A stretch of DNA of 32,000 nucleotides from Oryzibacter oryziterrae (GTDB taxonomy: Bacteria > Pseudomonadota > Alphaproteobacteria > Rhizobiales > Pleomorphomonadaceae), in contig NZ_JAKJIC010000012.1 of assembly GCF_021864535.1 (NCBI RefSeq), positions 29,343 through 61,342 of the forward strand. The letters are read 5' to 3'. Below the pieces are notes generated by a model. That model did no database searches. It was not told the origin of the DNA and saw only the letters and a program-made list of their open reading frames with translations. The translations under genes and the position numbers were made by a program. This document shows positions 16,418 through 24,856 of this stretch, one piece after another (within the stretch, counting starts at the first letter, position 1; every line of letters starts with the position of its first letter).

Positions 16418-18893
16418 TCCTTACTTTCTTCAGTCCTTGGGCCTTTCCGGGTTTCGCGCGTATCTCCAACCGAAGACGTTCGATTTCAGCAAGAAGCGTT
16501 GCTTGGCGATCTTCGCGCCGAACGGCAGCGGCAAATCCAGCGTCATCGATGCGCTGGAATTCATGTTCTCCAAGGACGGAACGCTCGAAAGGCTCGGGCA
16601 GCGCGCCATCAACAACCAGGCTGGACCCGTGGCGCTGGCGCACAATCTGGCTGAGGAGGCGAAGATTGCAGCGGCGGTTACGATCGGCGTGGTCTCGGGC
16701 AAGGATGCCACCAACGGCAGTCGACCGGCGACGGGGGCGAAGCGACCGATACCGGCGGTGGCCACGGCAGTGAACGCCTGCTTCGCGGTGCCGCCGATCA
16801 TCCGCGGGCATGCGCTGCGCACGTTCGTCGAAATCCATACGCCCGAACAGCGCTACGCGGATGTCGCCAATTGGCTGCAGCTCGGCCCACTGGTTGAGGT
16901 GCAGAAGAATATTCGTTCGCTGCGCACGCAGGTGAAGGCTGCGGCCGAGGACGAGACGACGCTGCAGCGCGTGGATACCCAGCTTGCCAAGGAGACGGCC
17001 CAGGGGGTGAAAGCCTGGGATTCGGCGGCGGTGCTTGCCTACGCCAACGTGTCTGTCCTGGCGCCGCTCGATCCGGCGCTGATGCTGGCGACGGTGGCGG
17101 CCGGCGATCCGGCCTATCTCGAACTGGAATCGCGCGCCAAGGCCGAGGAGAACAAGATCGGACTTGCGGGCCTGCGCCAGATCCGTAATGCCGCAGCCGC
17201 TTTGCGAGCGGAGGCGACCGATACGGAGAGCGGCGAGACTGTCGTCAGCGGTGCGATTCCGATCTTTGACGCGGCTGTCGCGGCTCTGTCGGCGGCGGAG
17301 AGTAAGGAAACGGAAGAACGGGGCAAAGCGGCGAGCACCGTGTTTCAGGCTTTGTGGAAAGCCGCAGAGCCGCTTTTTGCCGAAGGGGTGGCGGCACCTG
17401 ACATTTGCCCCGTCTGCGCGACACCTGTCGCGGACACGGCGGCTGGTAGCGCTGAGACGATCCGGGAACACATCGCCAAGCACCTCGAGGAGTTGGCGGA
17501 CTACGCTGCCGCCAAGAAGGCGCTCGACGAGGCCAAGACTGCGGCGACCAAGGCCCATACCCAGTTGGTAGCGGCGCTGCCGGGACTGATTGGCCACCTC
17601 GGCGACGGCGAGGCTGCATTGAAAGCCGATCTTATCGCCTATCAAGCAGGCATCGCCGGCTGGCCTCAGACCGCCGTTCCGGCCTCGGCCGACATTGTTT
17701 CGGCAATCGCCAAGCTGCTCGCTACGCTCGATCAGGCCATCGCCGACATCGAATCGAAGCAAGGCGACCACACCTATATCAAGGCCAAGGCGAAGATCGA
17801 TCGACTGCTGGAGCTACAGACCGAGCGGAACCTTGCGCTGCGAACGCTGGATGAGCTGGGGAAACTCTCCAACGCCTTGACGGCGCAGGCGACGATAATC
17901 TCAGCCGAAATCCGCAAGAAGGTGCAGGCTCTGCTCGACAAGCTTCAGACGCCCATGAACGATATTTACAAGCTGATCCAGGGCGCTGGCGCCACGCCAA
18001 TCCGGCTGGAGCTGCCGGCGGAAGACGACACGAACCAGCAGCGGCTCAACCTCCTGATCGACTTCGCCAAGAACCGCACGGGCGTGCAGCCGGGCGGCTA
18101 TTTGAGCGACTCACAGATCCATTCGGTGGCCCTGGCGTTGCGGATGGCGGCGATCCAGCAGTTTAACGTCGGCGCGCCCATCATCGCGCTGGATGACATC
18201 GTCACCTCCTACGATGCCGATCATCGGCGCACCATTGCCGGGCTCATCGCCACCATGTTCGGCAACTGCCAGATCCTGATCACCACGCACGACGAGCGGT
18301 TCTTCAATTATTTGAAGGATCAGCTCGAGGCGAAAGCGTGGCACTTCACCCGGATCATTGGCCTCGATCCGGCCTACGGGCCGCGTTTCGCTGATCACAA
18401 GGTCAGCGATGAGATGATCGAGGCGCGTTGGGCGGCGGGCCAGTCGGCGGCCAACGAGATGCGCCAGGCCGAGGAGGAATGGCTTCTCGGCATCTGTCGG
18501 GATTTCGGGGTCAGCGTCCGCATCCGACCGCTGGAGAGGGCCTATTCCTACGAACGCAGCGAGTTGGCCTCGGCGCTCGCCGGCCTGCTCAAGGATGCCA
18601 AGCTGGCGCCGGCGCTGGTGCCGGGCGTCAACAACCGGTTCCTCGACAGTTTGGTGAAGGGCGAGATCGAGAATTTCGGCAGCCACTTCCAGGACGGGCC
18701 CTATGGCGACGGTTCGATTGGTGACGAGAAGGCGCGCTGGGAGGAGTTCAAGGCTTTCCGCAGCCAGTTCGGCTGCAAGAAGTGCAGTCGAACGAAATTC
18801 CAGCGGCCCTTTACTCTCAAAAAGCCAGTTTGTGCGCATGATGGCTGCGAGGCGCAGTTCGAGTTTGCGGCAGCGCCGGCAGGGGTGGCTTGA
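16410..18893 (+). CDS. Rad50/SMC-like ABC ATPase with CPVC hook in a long coiled coil and a C-terminal Cys4 zinc ribbon
   Basis: 827 aa. Walker A is 'APNGSGKS' (16515-16538). The sequence between the two ATPase head halves is Ala/Leu/Glu/Lys-rich and coiled-coil-like, with 'DICPVCATP' in it (CPVC at 17406-17417). The C-terminal head half carries 'YLSDSQIHSVALALRMAA' (signature-like), 'PIIALDDIVTSYD' (Walker B / D-loop) and 'ILITTHDERFF' (H-loop). A roughly 200-aa tail ends in CKKC...CAHDGC (18774-18848). Confidence 0.85.
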   Translation: MADPYFLQSLGLSGFRAYLQPKTFDFSKKRCLAIFAPNGSGKSSVIDALEFMFSKDGTLERLGQRAINNQAGPVALAHNLAEEAKIAAAVTIGVVSGKDATNGSRPATGAKRPIPAVATAVNACFAVPPIIRGHALRTFVEIHTPEQRYADVANWLQLGPLVEVQKNIRSLRTQVKAAAEDETTLQRVDTQLAKETAQGVKAWDSAAVLAYANVSVLAPLDPALMLATVAAGDPAYLELESRAKAEENKIGLAGLRQIRNAAAALRAEATDTESGETVVSGAIPIFDAAVAALSAAESKETEERGKAASTVFQALWKAAEPLFAEGVAAPDICPVCATPVADTAAGSAETIREHIAKHLEELADYAAAKKALDEAKTAATKAHTQLVAALPGLIGHLGDGEAALKADLIAYQAGIAGWPQTAVPASADIVSAIAKLLATLDQAIADIESKQGDHTYIKAKAKIDRLLELQTERNLALRTLDELGKLSNALTAQATIISAEIRKKVQALLDKLQTPMNDIYKLIQGAGATPIRLELPAEDDTNQQRLNLLIDFAKNRTGVQPGGYLSDSQIHSVALALRMAAIQQFNVGAPIIALDDIVTSYDADHRRTIAGLIATMFGNCQILITTHDERFFNYLKDQLEAKAWHFTRIIGLDPAYGPRFADHKVSDEMIEARWAAGQSAANEMRQAEEEWLLGICRDFGVSVRIRPLERAYSYERSELASALAGLLKDAKLAPALVPGVNNRFLDSLVKGEIENFGSHFQDGPYGDGSIGDEKARWEEFKAFRSQFGCKKCSRTKFQRPFTLKKPVCAHDGCEAQFEFAAAPAGVA

Positions 18894-19613
18894 ATGGGAG
18901 GGCGTGCGAAACCAGTAGAGCTGGCGACGCGCAGCTTCGAAAAGCAAGGCGACGCCACGGCTTTCTTCAAGGCCATGCTGAACCGCTACCGGCCTGGTGA
19001 GCGAGTGAGTGACGAGGATGGCCTCGACGTTGCCGCCCTTCTCGAACGCCACACCGAATATGTCGCCAAGGTGGGCTGTGGCGTCAGCCATTTCCAGGTC
19101 ATGATGACCGAGCATGGGACGCAATGCTTCCGGATCATCCGCACCGATGGCAGCGGCACGGATTTCTCCTATCCACACTGCATCTCCCAGCGACCACCCA
19201 GCCGTAAGCAGGAGGTCGCTCAAGCCTTTCGACGTGCGGTGCGCTTCGATCTCTACAAGGCCCGCGATAATTTCTTCGCCACCCACAGCGGTTCTGACGG
19301 TTTGGTTTCTTGCGCGGTCACCGGCGAACGCATCGCGCGGGACGAGGCGCATATGGATCACCGTCCGCCAATGACCTTCGAGGTCATCGTGACGACGTTT
19401 CTCTGCGGGCGCGGTCTATCACTCGACGATGTGCCGCTCACGACAGGCAAGGATGATCAAGTCTCGCCCGAGGTGACCGATGACGCCCTGAGCGAGGCGT
19501 TCCGAGCCTACCACGCTGGGATCGCGCGCCTCGATTTCGTGCGGAATACCGTCAACCTGGCCCAAGCCAGTCGGCATCGGCTGAAGGACGGCCGGATCAC
19601 GCTGACAGGATAG
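18894..19613 (+). CDS. DUF3223 (DCL)-like N-terminal domain fused to an HNH-like nuclease motif
   Basis: The ATG abuts the ATPase stop (TGAATG). The N-terminal 'FFKAMLNRYRPGERVSDEDGLDVAALLERHTEYVAKVGCGVSHFQVMMTEHGTQCFRIIRTDGSGTDFSYPHCI' resembles DUF3223/DCL from memory. The C-terminal half has 'CAVTGERIARDEAHMDHRPP' (H-M-D-H at 19350-19361) and a downstream 'FVRNTVNLAQ', an HNH-like H...N pattern. The assignment needs an HMM or structure check. Confidence 0.65.
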   Translation: MGGRAKPVELATRSFEKQGDATAFFKAMLNRYRPGERVSDEDGLDVAALLERHTEYVAKVGCGVSHFQVMMTEHGTQCFRIIRTDGSGTDFSYPHCISQRPPSRKQEVAQAFRRAVRFDLYKARDNFFATHSGSDGLVSCAVTGERIARDEAHMDHRPPMTFEVIVTTFLCGRGLSLDDVPLTTGKDDQVSPEVTDDALSEAFRAYHAGIARLDFVRNTVNLAQASRHRLKDGRITLTG

Positions 19614-19825
19614 CCGCTGCTTACCACGAGAGTTTAGTCGCGCTTTCTCGTCTCATCGACGTACTGGGAAAATATGAGGTCGGCGGCGACGCTGTCGTCG
19701 TCCGGCACCGCTCGGCCAAGCTTCGAGAAGGATGGTGGTGGGCGAAAACCGGGGATTCCCAAGCCAGCCAGCTTGTGATAAAACCTCTGCTACATATTTC
19801 TTTGTCAGAGGAAACGTCACCGTCC

Positions 19826-20446
19826 ATGCCATCCACTAGCGCCCAGCGGCTTCGTGCGCTGAAACTTCTAGAAGCCCGAGGTATGCTCCGGCTGAAGGAG
19901 TTCGTTGCCGAAGGCATCGGCCCGGAGACGCTTGCGCGCCTTGTCCGGGAGGAGGCGGTCATCCGCCCGGCACGTGGCCTCTATCAACTCCCCGACGCAC
20001 ACGTCGAGGCTGCCCATACGCTGGCTGAAGCGGCGGTTCTGGTTCCAAAGGGCGTGGTCTGCCTAACCTCAGCCCTCCAATACCACGAACTGACGCTGCA
20101 GATGCCGTCGGCTGTATGGATGGCGATCGACCGTGCCGCCTGGCGGCCCAAGATCGATTATCCCCCTATTCGGTTCGTGCGCTTCACTGGGGCGGCACTG
20201 ACCGAAGGGGTCGAGCGTCACCGCATCGAGAATGTCGACGTTCCCATCACGGATCCGGCGAGGACAATTGTCGATTGCTTTCGCTACAGGACGAAGATCG
20301 GCCTCGACGTCGCGATGGAGGGACTGCGCGAGGGTCTCCGCCGTCGCCGATGCAAACCGGATCAAATCTGGCGTTACGCGCGCAAGGCGCGGGTCTGGTC
20401 GATCATGCGTCCTTACGTCGAGGCAATGGTGTCTGATGCCGCGTGA
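19826..20446 (+). CDS. abiEi: AbiEi-family antitoxin / transcriptional regulator (type IV TA)
   Basis: 206 aa from the ATG at 19826. 'LLEARGMLRLKEFVAEGIGPETLARLVREEAVIRPARGLYQL' is the AbiEi N-terminal wHTH pattern, and 'GVVCLTSALQYHELT' and 'TDPARTIVDCFRY' are typical of the family. The gene precedes and overlaps an AbiEii gene. Confidence 0.85.
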   Translation: MPSTSAQRLRALKLLEARGMLRLKEFVAEGIGPETLARLVREEAVIRPARGLYQLPDAHVEAAHTLAEAAVLVPKGVVCLTSALQYHELTLQMPSAVWMAIDRAAWRPKIDYPPIRFVRFTGAALTEGVERHRIENVDVPITDPARTIVDCFRYRTKIGLDVAMEGLREGLRRRRCKPDQIWRYARKARVWSIMRPYVEAMVSDAA

Positions 20447-21356
20447 GCCTCGCAACATCGGCGCATCAGTGCGAGCGCGGCTCCTCGATCGGGCACGTGC
20501 CGAGCGATCGGATTTCCAGATTCTCCTGACGCGATATGCGCTCGAGCGTCTGCTCTACCGGCTAAGCGCGTCGCCGCACCGCGACCGCTTCATCCTCAAA
20601 GGTGCGATGCTCTTCGTGACATGGGTCGCCGATCCGTTTCGGCCCACGCGCGATCTGGATCTGCTTGGCCACGGCGACAGCGACGCCGAGGCAATTGCCG
20701 AAACCTTCCGGGCCATTTGTGCGCAGCCGGTCGCCGATGACGGTGTGACGTTTGATGTCGCCGCGCTGATGGCGGCCCCGATCCGTGAGGAGACGGAATA
20801 TGGTGGTGTGCGGGTCCGCACAACGGCAACCATCGCCGGGGCGCGTATTCCGATCCAGGTCGACATTGGTTTCGGCGACGCCATTACACCTGCGGCCGTC
20901 GAGATCGACTATCCCACCCTGCTGGACGCCCCAACGCCGCGCCTTCGCGCATATCCGGTCGAAACGGTGGTGGCCGAGAAATTCGAAGCGCTCGTAACGC
21001 TCGGCGTGGCCAATAGCCGGCTCAAGGATTTCTATGATCTCTGGGTGATCTCCCGAACATTCGAACTTCGCCAGGCTCCCCTTGTCGAGGCAATTCAGCG
21101 GACCTTCGAACGACGCGGAACGGTCCTCCCGTCTGTTGTTCCGGTCGGTCTGACCGATGAATTCGCGGAAGCATGGACCGCTCAATGGCGCGCCTTCCTG
21201 GACCGGGACCGGATGGCAGCCGCACCAGATGCTTTCGCCGCTACCGTCGCCGATCTTCGCCTCTTCTTGATGCCGTTGGTCGTCGGATTGAAGGAGGAAC
21301 GAATTTGGCCGCCGAACGGGCCGTGGTCGCCGGGGGAAGCAATCAATGAGGCGTAG
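20436..21356 (+). CDS. abiEii: AbiEii/AbiGii-family nucleotidyltransferase toxin
   Basis: 306 aa. The ATG at 20436 overlaps the abiEi 3' end by 11 nt. 'FILKGAMLF...RPTRDLDLLGHGD' is the NTase G-x / DxD-type core of AbiEii, and 'KFEALV...RLKDFYDLW' is the conserved C-terminal motif. Confidence 0.88.
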   Translation: MPREPRNIGASVRARLLDRARAERSDFQILLTRYALERLLYRLSASPHRDRFILKGAMLFVTWVADPFRPTRDLDLLGHGDSDAEAIAETFRAICAQPVADDGVTFDVAALMAAPIREETEYGGVRVRTTATIAGARIPIQVDIGFGDAITPAAVEIDYPTLLDAPTPRLRAYPVETVVAEKFEALVTLGVANSRLKDFYDLWVISRTFELRQAPLVEAIQRTFERRGTVLPSVVPVGLTDEFAEAWTAQWRAFLDRDRMAAAPDAFAATVADLRLFLMPLVVGLKEERIWPPNGPWSPGEAINEA

Positions 21357-21432
21357 CGGAACGAGAAAATTTCTCCGTCCCGCATGGCGCGACTGACGAA
21401 GAAAGGAGCCGCTGTCGCGGTTGGGGGGAAGT

Positions 21433-22737
21433 ATGGATAAGAAGCACTTTTATCGCGTAGGCAGCCACTCTGGCGCCTGGGACGATCTACCCACTGACCC
21501 AGATGAACTGGATTCTCTGACCAATAGTGCTCGAAAGCACATCGAGCCGTGGCTCTCTGCTGTCTTCCAAGCAGAGCACCTCAACCTACTGCTCGGCAGT
21601 GGGTTCACCGCAGCGATTGGTTATCTCGCGGGCGTAGGGGCCACAGGCATGGCCAAGGTTACATTTGGCACGTCTTATGACGCCGCCATCGATGCGCACG
21701 CCCAGGCCGGAGCGACGGCCATGAAAAGAGGTGCGGCAAACATCGAAGATCAGTTTCGAAGTGCGCTTGCTCTGCTCGAGGGCCTGGGGGTCATAGACAA
21801 GGGAGCAGAAAAAACTCTTAAGGATGGCATTGATGCCCAGATGTCTGGCTTCCTCACTTCATTATTGAAGACGGAAAGCGGGATTGTTGCTGGAAAGGAT
21901 CCGACATCGAAAGATGCTGCCCAGGGCGCTCTGCAATCATTCCTGCTGAGTTTTGCGAGCCGCGCTGCATCCCGTGAACGTTTGCACGTCTTCACAACCA
22001 ACTACGACCGCCTGATCGAACATGGTTGCGACTTTGCGGGTCTTCGGATCATCGACAGATTCGTCGGCGCGCTGAATCCGGTCTTCCGCGCGTCGCGCGT
22101 TGAAGTTGATGTCCACTACAATCCACCCGGCATTCGGGGAGAACCGCGGTTCATGGAGGGCGTCATTCGCCTGACTAAGCTCCACGGCTCACTGGATTGG
22201 TTTTTTGATAAGGACGAGCGGCGAATCTACCGCAAGGGCATCCCATTCGGAGCGCCTGCGGATCATACCGACATTCCCAAAAAACCCGTCGACACGGTGA
22301 TGATCTATCCCAATCCCGCGAAGGACGTCGAAACAACACAGTATCCCTATGCGGAGCTCTTTCGCGATTTTGCGGCAGCAGCTTGCCGACCTAACGCCGT
22401 TGTCGTGACCTATGGCTATGGTTTCGGCGACGATCACGTCAATCGAGTGCTGCTCGATATGCTCACGATCCCGTCGACCCATTTGGTGATCATGGCCTAT
22501 TCGGCTGACGATCGCCTCAAAGCATTCGTTGAAAAGACGCGAGATGCGCAAGTCTCGTTGCTGATCGGGCCTCATTTCTCGGATCTTGCAACGTTGGTTG
22601 CAAGCTACCTGCCGAAACCGGCGCTCGACTACATATCGGGCCGAATGACAGAATTGTTGAAGCATCGTCCAGGCGATCCAAAACTCAGCGACCCGCCTGC
22701 CGCACCGCCTTCAGTGACTGCAACCGGGCCGGTATGA
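21433..22737 (+). CDS. SIR2-family (SIR2_2-like) NADase-type protein, partner of HerA
   Basis: 434 aa from the ATG at 21433 (the track starts at a TTG at 21421). SIR2-type motifs present are 'LLLGSGFT', 'VFTTNYDRLIE', 'LTKLHGSLDW' and 'TYGYGFGDDHVN'. A HerA gene follows 7 nt downstream, which is the layout of the known SIR2-HerA defence pair. Confidence 0.85.
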   Translation: MDKKHFYRVGSHSGAWDDLPTDPDELDSLTNSARKHIEPWLSAVFQAEHLNLLLGSGFTAAIGYLAGVGATGMAKVTFGTSYDAAIDAHAQAGATAMKRGAANIEDQFRSALALLEGLGVIDKGAEKTLKDGIDAQMSGFLTSLLKTESGIVAGKDPTSKDAAQGALQSFLLSFASRAASRERLHVFTTNYDRLIEHGCDFAGLRIIDRFVGALNPVFRASRVEVDVHYNPPGIRGEPRFMEGVIRLTKLHGSLDWFFDKDERRIYRKGIPFGAPADHTDIPKKPVDTVMIYPNPAKDVETTQYPYAELFRDFAAAACRPNAVVVTYGYGFGDDHVNRVLLDMLTIPSTHLVIMAYSADDRLKAFVEKTRDAQVSLLIGPHFSDLATLVASYLPKPALDYISGRMTELLKHRPGDPKLSDPPAAPPSVTATGPV

Positions 22738-22744
22738 GGCGATC

Positions 22745-24856
22745 ATGACAACTCCAATCGAACGACTGTCGGGCCTTGTTGTCGGTGTCGTCGAGTCGGT
22801 TGCGCCTGACGAAGTTCGGGTGCTCCTTGAACTGGACGCTCCGCACTCCACAGCATTGAATACCGGAGTGCCGGCGGGGTTTCCGCGTCTCAATGGGTAT
22901 GTGATCATCCCAAATGAAGCCGGTGCGACAGTCGCCTACATAACCTGGATTGGGATCGAACGCTCTCCCTATCCAAAGCGCTCTGGCCTGAAAGACTTTG
23001 GCCTGATCGATCTTCCATTTCCACTACGGAAGATGTCGCTATCGCCAGTGGGTACATTGACATCTCGGCGCGACCGCGCTTCGGGAATGACCAGATACGA
23101 ACTCTCTCGTGGCGTGGTAGCGTTTCCGTCAGTGGGGGACCAAGTCCTTATCCCGACACCCCCGCAGGTCGAAGCCATCGTGGGCGCGAGGGACGACGAT
23201 AAGAGAGTCAGAATAGGCTCCTCTCCGATGGCATCGAACGCGGCCATCATGGTCGACCCTGACAAGCTTTTCGGTCGGCACCTGGCGGTATTGGGAAACA
23301 CCGGCAGCGGTAAATCATGCACGGTAGCGGGCCTGATTCGATGGTCCATGGAGGCCGCCGAGAAGGCCATCAAGGATGCCGGCAAGACGGGGGTGCCCAA
23401 CGCGCGGTTTATCATCCTCGATCCAAATGGCGAATACGCCAGGGCCTTCGCTGATCGCGGAGACGAGCTACGGTTGTTTCGCGTTCCACCCGTTGCAGAT
23501 GGAGAGCGACCGCTCGATGTCCCTGCGTGGCTCTGGAGTGGGCACGAGTGGACCGCGGTCGCTCACGCCCAACCAGGGGCGCAACGCCCGTTGCTTATGC
23601 AGGGGCTGCGGGAGCTGAAGGCCGGTCAAACGGAGGGAGTGCCCAGAGAGGCGATGATCCGCCGCTACCTTGGTTCCTATTCGATCCGGATATCGGCGAT
23701 GTTGAACACTGGCACGCAGGCCTTCGCGGGGGCTCCGAGACCGAGATTCGAGTGCGCGCGGCTCCTTGAAACGATCGCGTCAGATTGTTCGCAGTTTGGC
23801 GGGGAGGCCCTCGATACAGCTAGCGGCGCTCTTGCCGCGATTTCCACCACGATCACAGGGATTGTCGATAGCCGACGATCTGGAAATTTCTTCAACGATT
23901 TTGCGATTTCCGACCTGGAAACGATCCGCAGCGCACTGGATGCATTGGCTCAGACGCTGCCGGATATCGGTCACGCAGCCCTCATCAGTGAGGACGCTCC
24001 ACAGTTCTTTGACGTAAACATTCTCGCCGAACATCTTGATCGGGTGGCAACCGAGCAGGGAGGTAACCTCGCAGGGTTTATCTCGACGCTCGGACTTCGG
24101 ATTCGCGGAATGCTCGCCGATCAGCGGCTCGGCGCCGTAATTGGTCGCGACCCGCCGACTTCCTTCGAAACCTGGCTGAAGGATTATGTCGGCGACGATG
24201 GCGCGAGTAACGGCCAGATCGCGGTCGTCGATCTGTCTCTCGTCCCATCCGAAATCGTCCACATCGTTGTGTCCGTTTTGGCGCGGCTGATCTTCGAATC
24301 GCTTCAGAGATACCGCCGCGGCCATCCGAAGGGCCAGACCTTGCCGACAGTCCTCATTCTCGAGGAAGCGCATACATTCGTTCGGCGCGGCAAGGACGAT
24401 GACGGCCCTGCCTCATCTCCGACCCAGCTCTGCCGCGAAGTGTTCGAGCGTATAGCCCGCGAGGGGCGCAAGTTCGGGCTCGGGCTCGTCCTTTCGTCGC
24501 AGCGACCATCAGAGCTTTCTCCAACGGTTCTCGCCCAATGCAACACGTTTCTGCTGCACCGTATCGTCAATGATGCGGACCAGAATCTCGTCGCACGCCT
24601 CGTCCCCGACAATGTCGGTGGGCTCTTGCGTGAGCTGCCGAGTTTGCCTTCCAGGCAGGCCGTTCTCCTTGGTTGGGCAGCGCCGATCCCGGTTCTGGTG
24701 GAGGTGGACGAATTGCCTGATGCACAGAGGCCGCAGTCGGCAGATCCGGATTTCTGGAACGTTTGGACGCTGGCCGAAGAGCGGAATGTCGATTGGGACT
24801 CAATTTCGAAAGCATGGTCGGGCTCTGCTCCGGTGCAACTGCCGGAGGAAGAATGA
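22745..24856 (+). CDS. herA: HerA-like (DUF87/FtsK-HerA superfamily) ATPase
   Basis: 703 aa. An N-terminal barrel-like region ('GLVVGVVESVAPDEVRVLLE') is followed by Walker A 'VLGNTGSGKS', Walker B 'TVLILEEAHTF' and 'GLGLVLSSQRPSEL'. Confidence 0.88.
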   Translation: MTTPIERLSGLVVGVVESVAPDEVRVLLELDAPHSTALNTGVPAGFPRLNGYVIIPNEAGATVAYITWIGIERSPYPKRSGLKDFGLIDLPFPLRKMSLSPVGTLTSRRDRASGMTRYELSRGVVAFPSVGDQVLIPTPPQVEAIVGARDDDKRVRIGSSPMASNAAIMVDPDKLFGRHLAVLGNTGSGKSCTVAGLIRWSMEAAEKAIKDAGKTGVPNARFIILDPNGEYARAFADRGDELRLFRVPPVADGERPLDVPAWLWSGHEWTAVAHAQPGAQRPLLMQGLRELKAGQTEGVPREAMIRRYLGSYSIRISAMLNTGTQAFAGAPRPRFECARLLETIASDCSQFGGEALDTASGALAAISTTITGIVDSRRSGNFFNDFAISDLETIRSALDALAQTLPDIGHAALISEDAPQFFDVNILAEHLDRVATEQGGNLAGFISTLGLRIRGMLADQRLGAVIGRDPPTSFETWLKDYVGDDGASNGQIAVVDLSLVPSEIVHIVVSVLARLIFESLQRYRRGHPKGQTLPTVLILEEAHTFVRRGKDDDGPASSPTQLCREVFERIAREGRKFGLGLVLSSQRPSELSPTVLAQCNTFLLHRIVNDADQNLVARLVPDNVGGLLRELPSLPSRQAVLLGWAAPIPVLVEVDELPDAQRPQSADPDFWNVWTLAEERNVDWDSISKAWSGSAPVQLPEEE

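Noticed and set aside
16392-19361. Minus-strand ORFs of 459 aa (16392-17771) and 416 aa (18111-19361) inside the unknown cassette.
   Set aside because: They are antisense to ORFs with clear Walker A/B, hook and HNH-like motifs. They are Arg-rich and motif-free, and the second one straddles the ATPase/HNH gene junction.
16410-19613. Naming the ATPase + HNH-like pair as canonical Septu (PtuA/PtuB), Lamassu or Wadjet.
   Set aside because: The ATPase has a Rad50-like CPVC hook, a long coiled coil and a Cys4-ribbon tail. The partner has a DUF3223-like domain. No JetA/B/D-like or LmuA/C-like genes are present. Without an HMM search I cannot justify any of those names, so it is reported as unassigned.
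19784-19811. An inverted repeat CCTCTG...CAGAGG upstream of abiEi, considered as a possible AbiEi autoregulatory operator.
   Set aside because: The arms are only 6 bp, with a 16-nt spacer. The right arm overlaps the likely RBS. It is not distinguishable from chance.
19621-19962. A 113-aa minus-strand ORF between the HNH-like gene and abiEi.
   Set aside because: It overlaps the abiEi start. It has a Ser/Arg-rich composition, no RBS and no motif, so it is probably non-coding.
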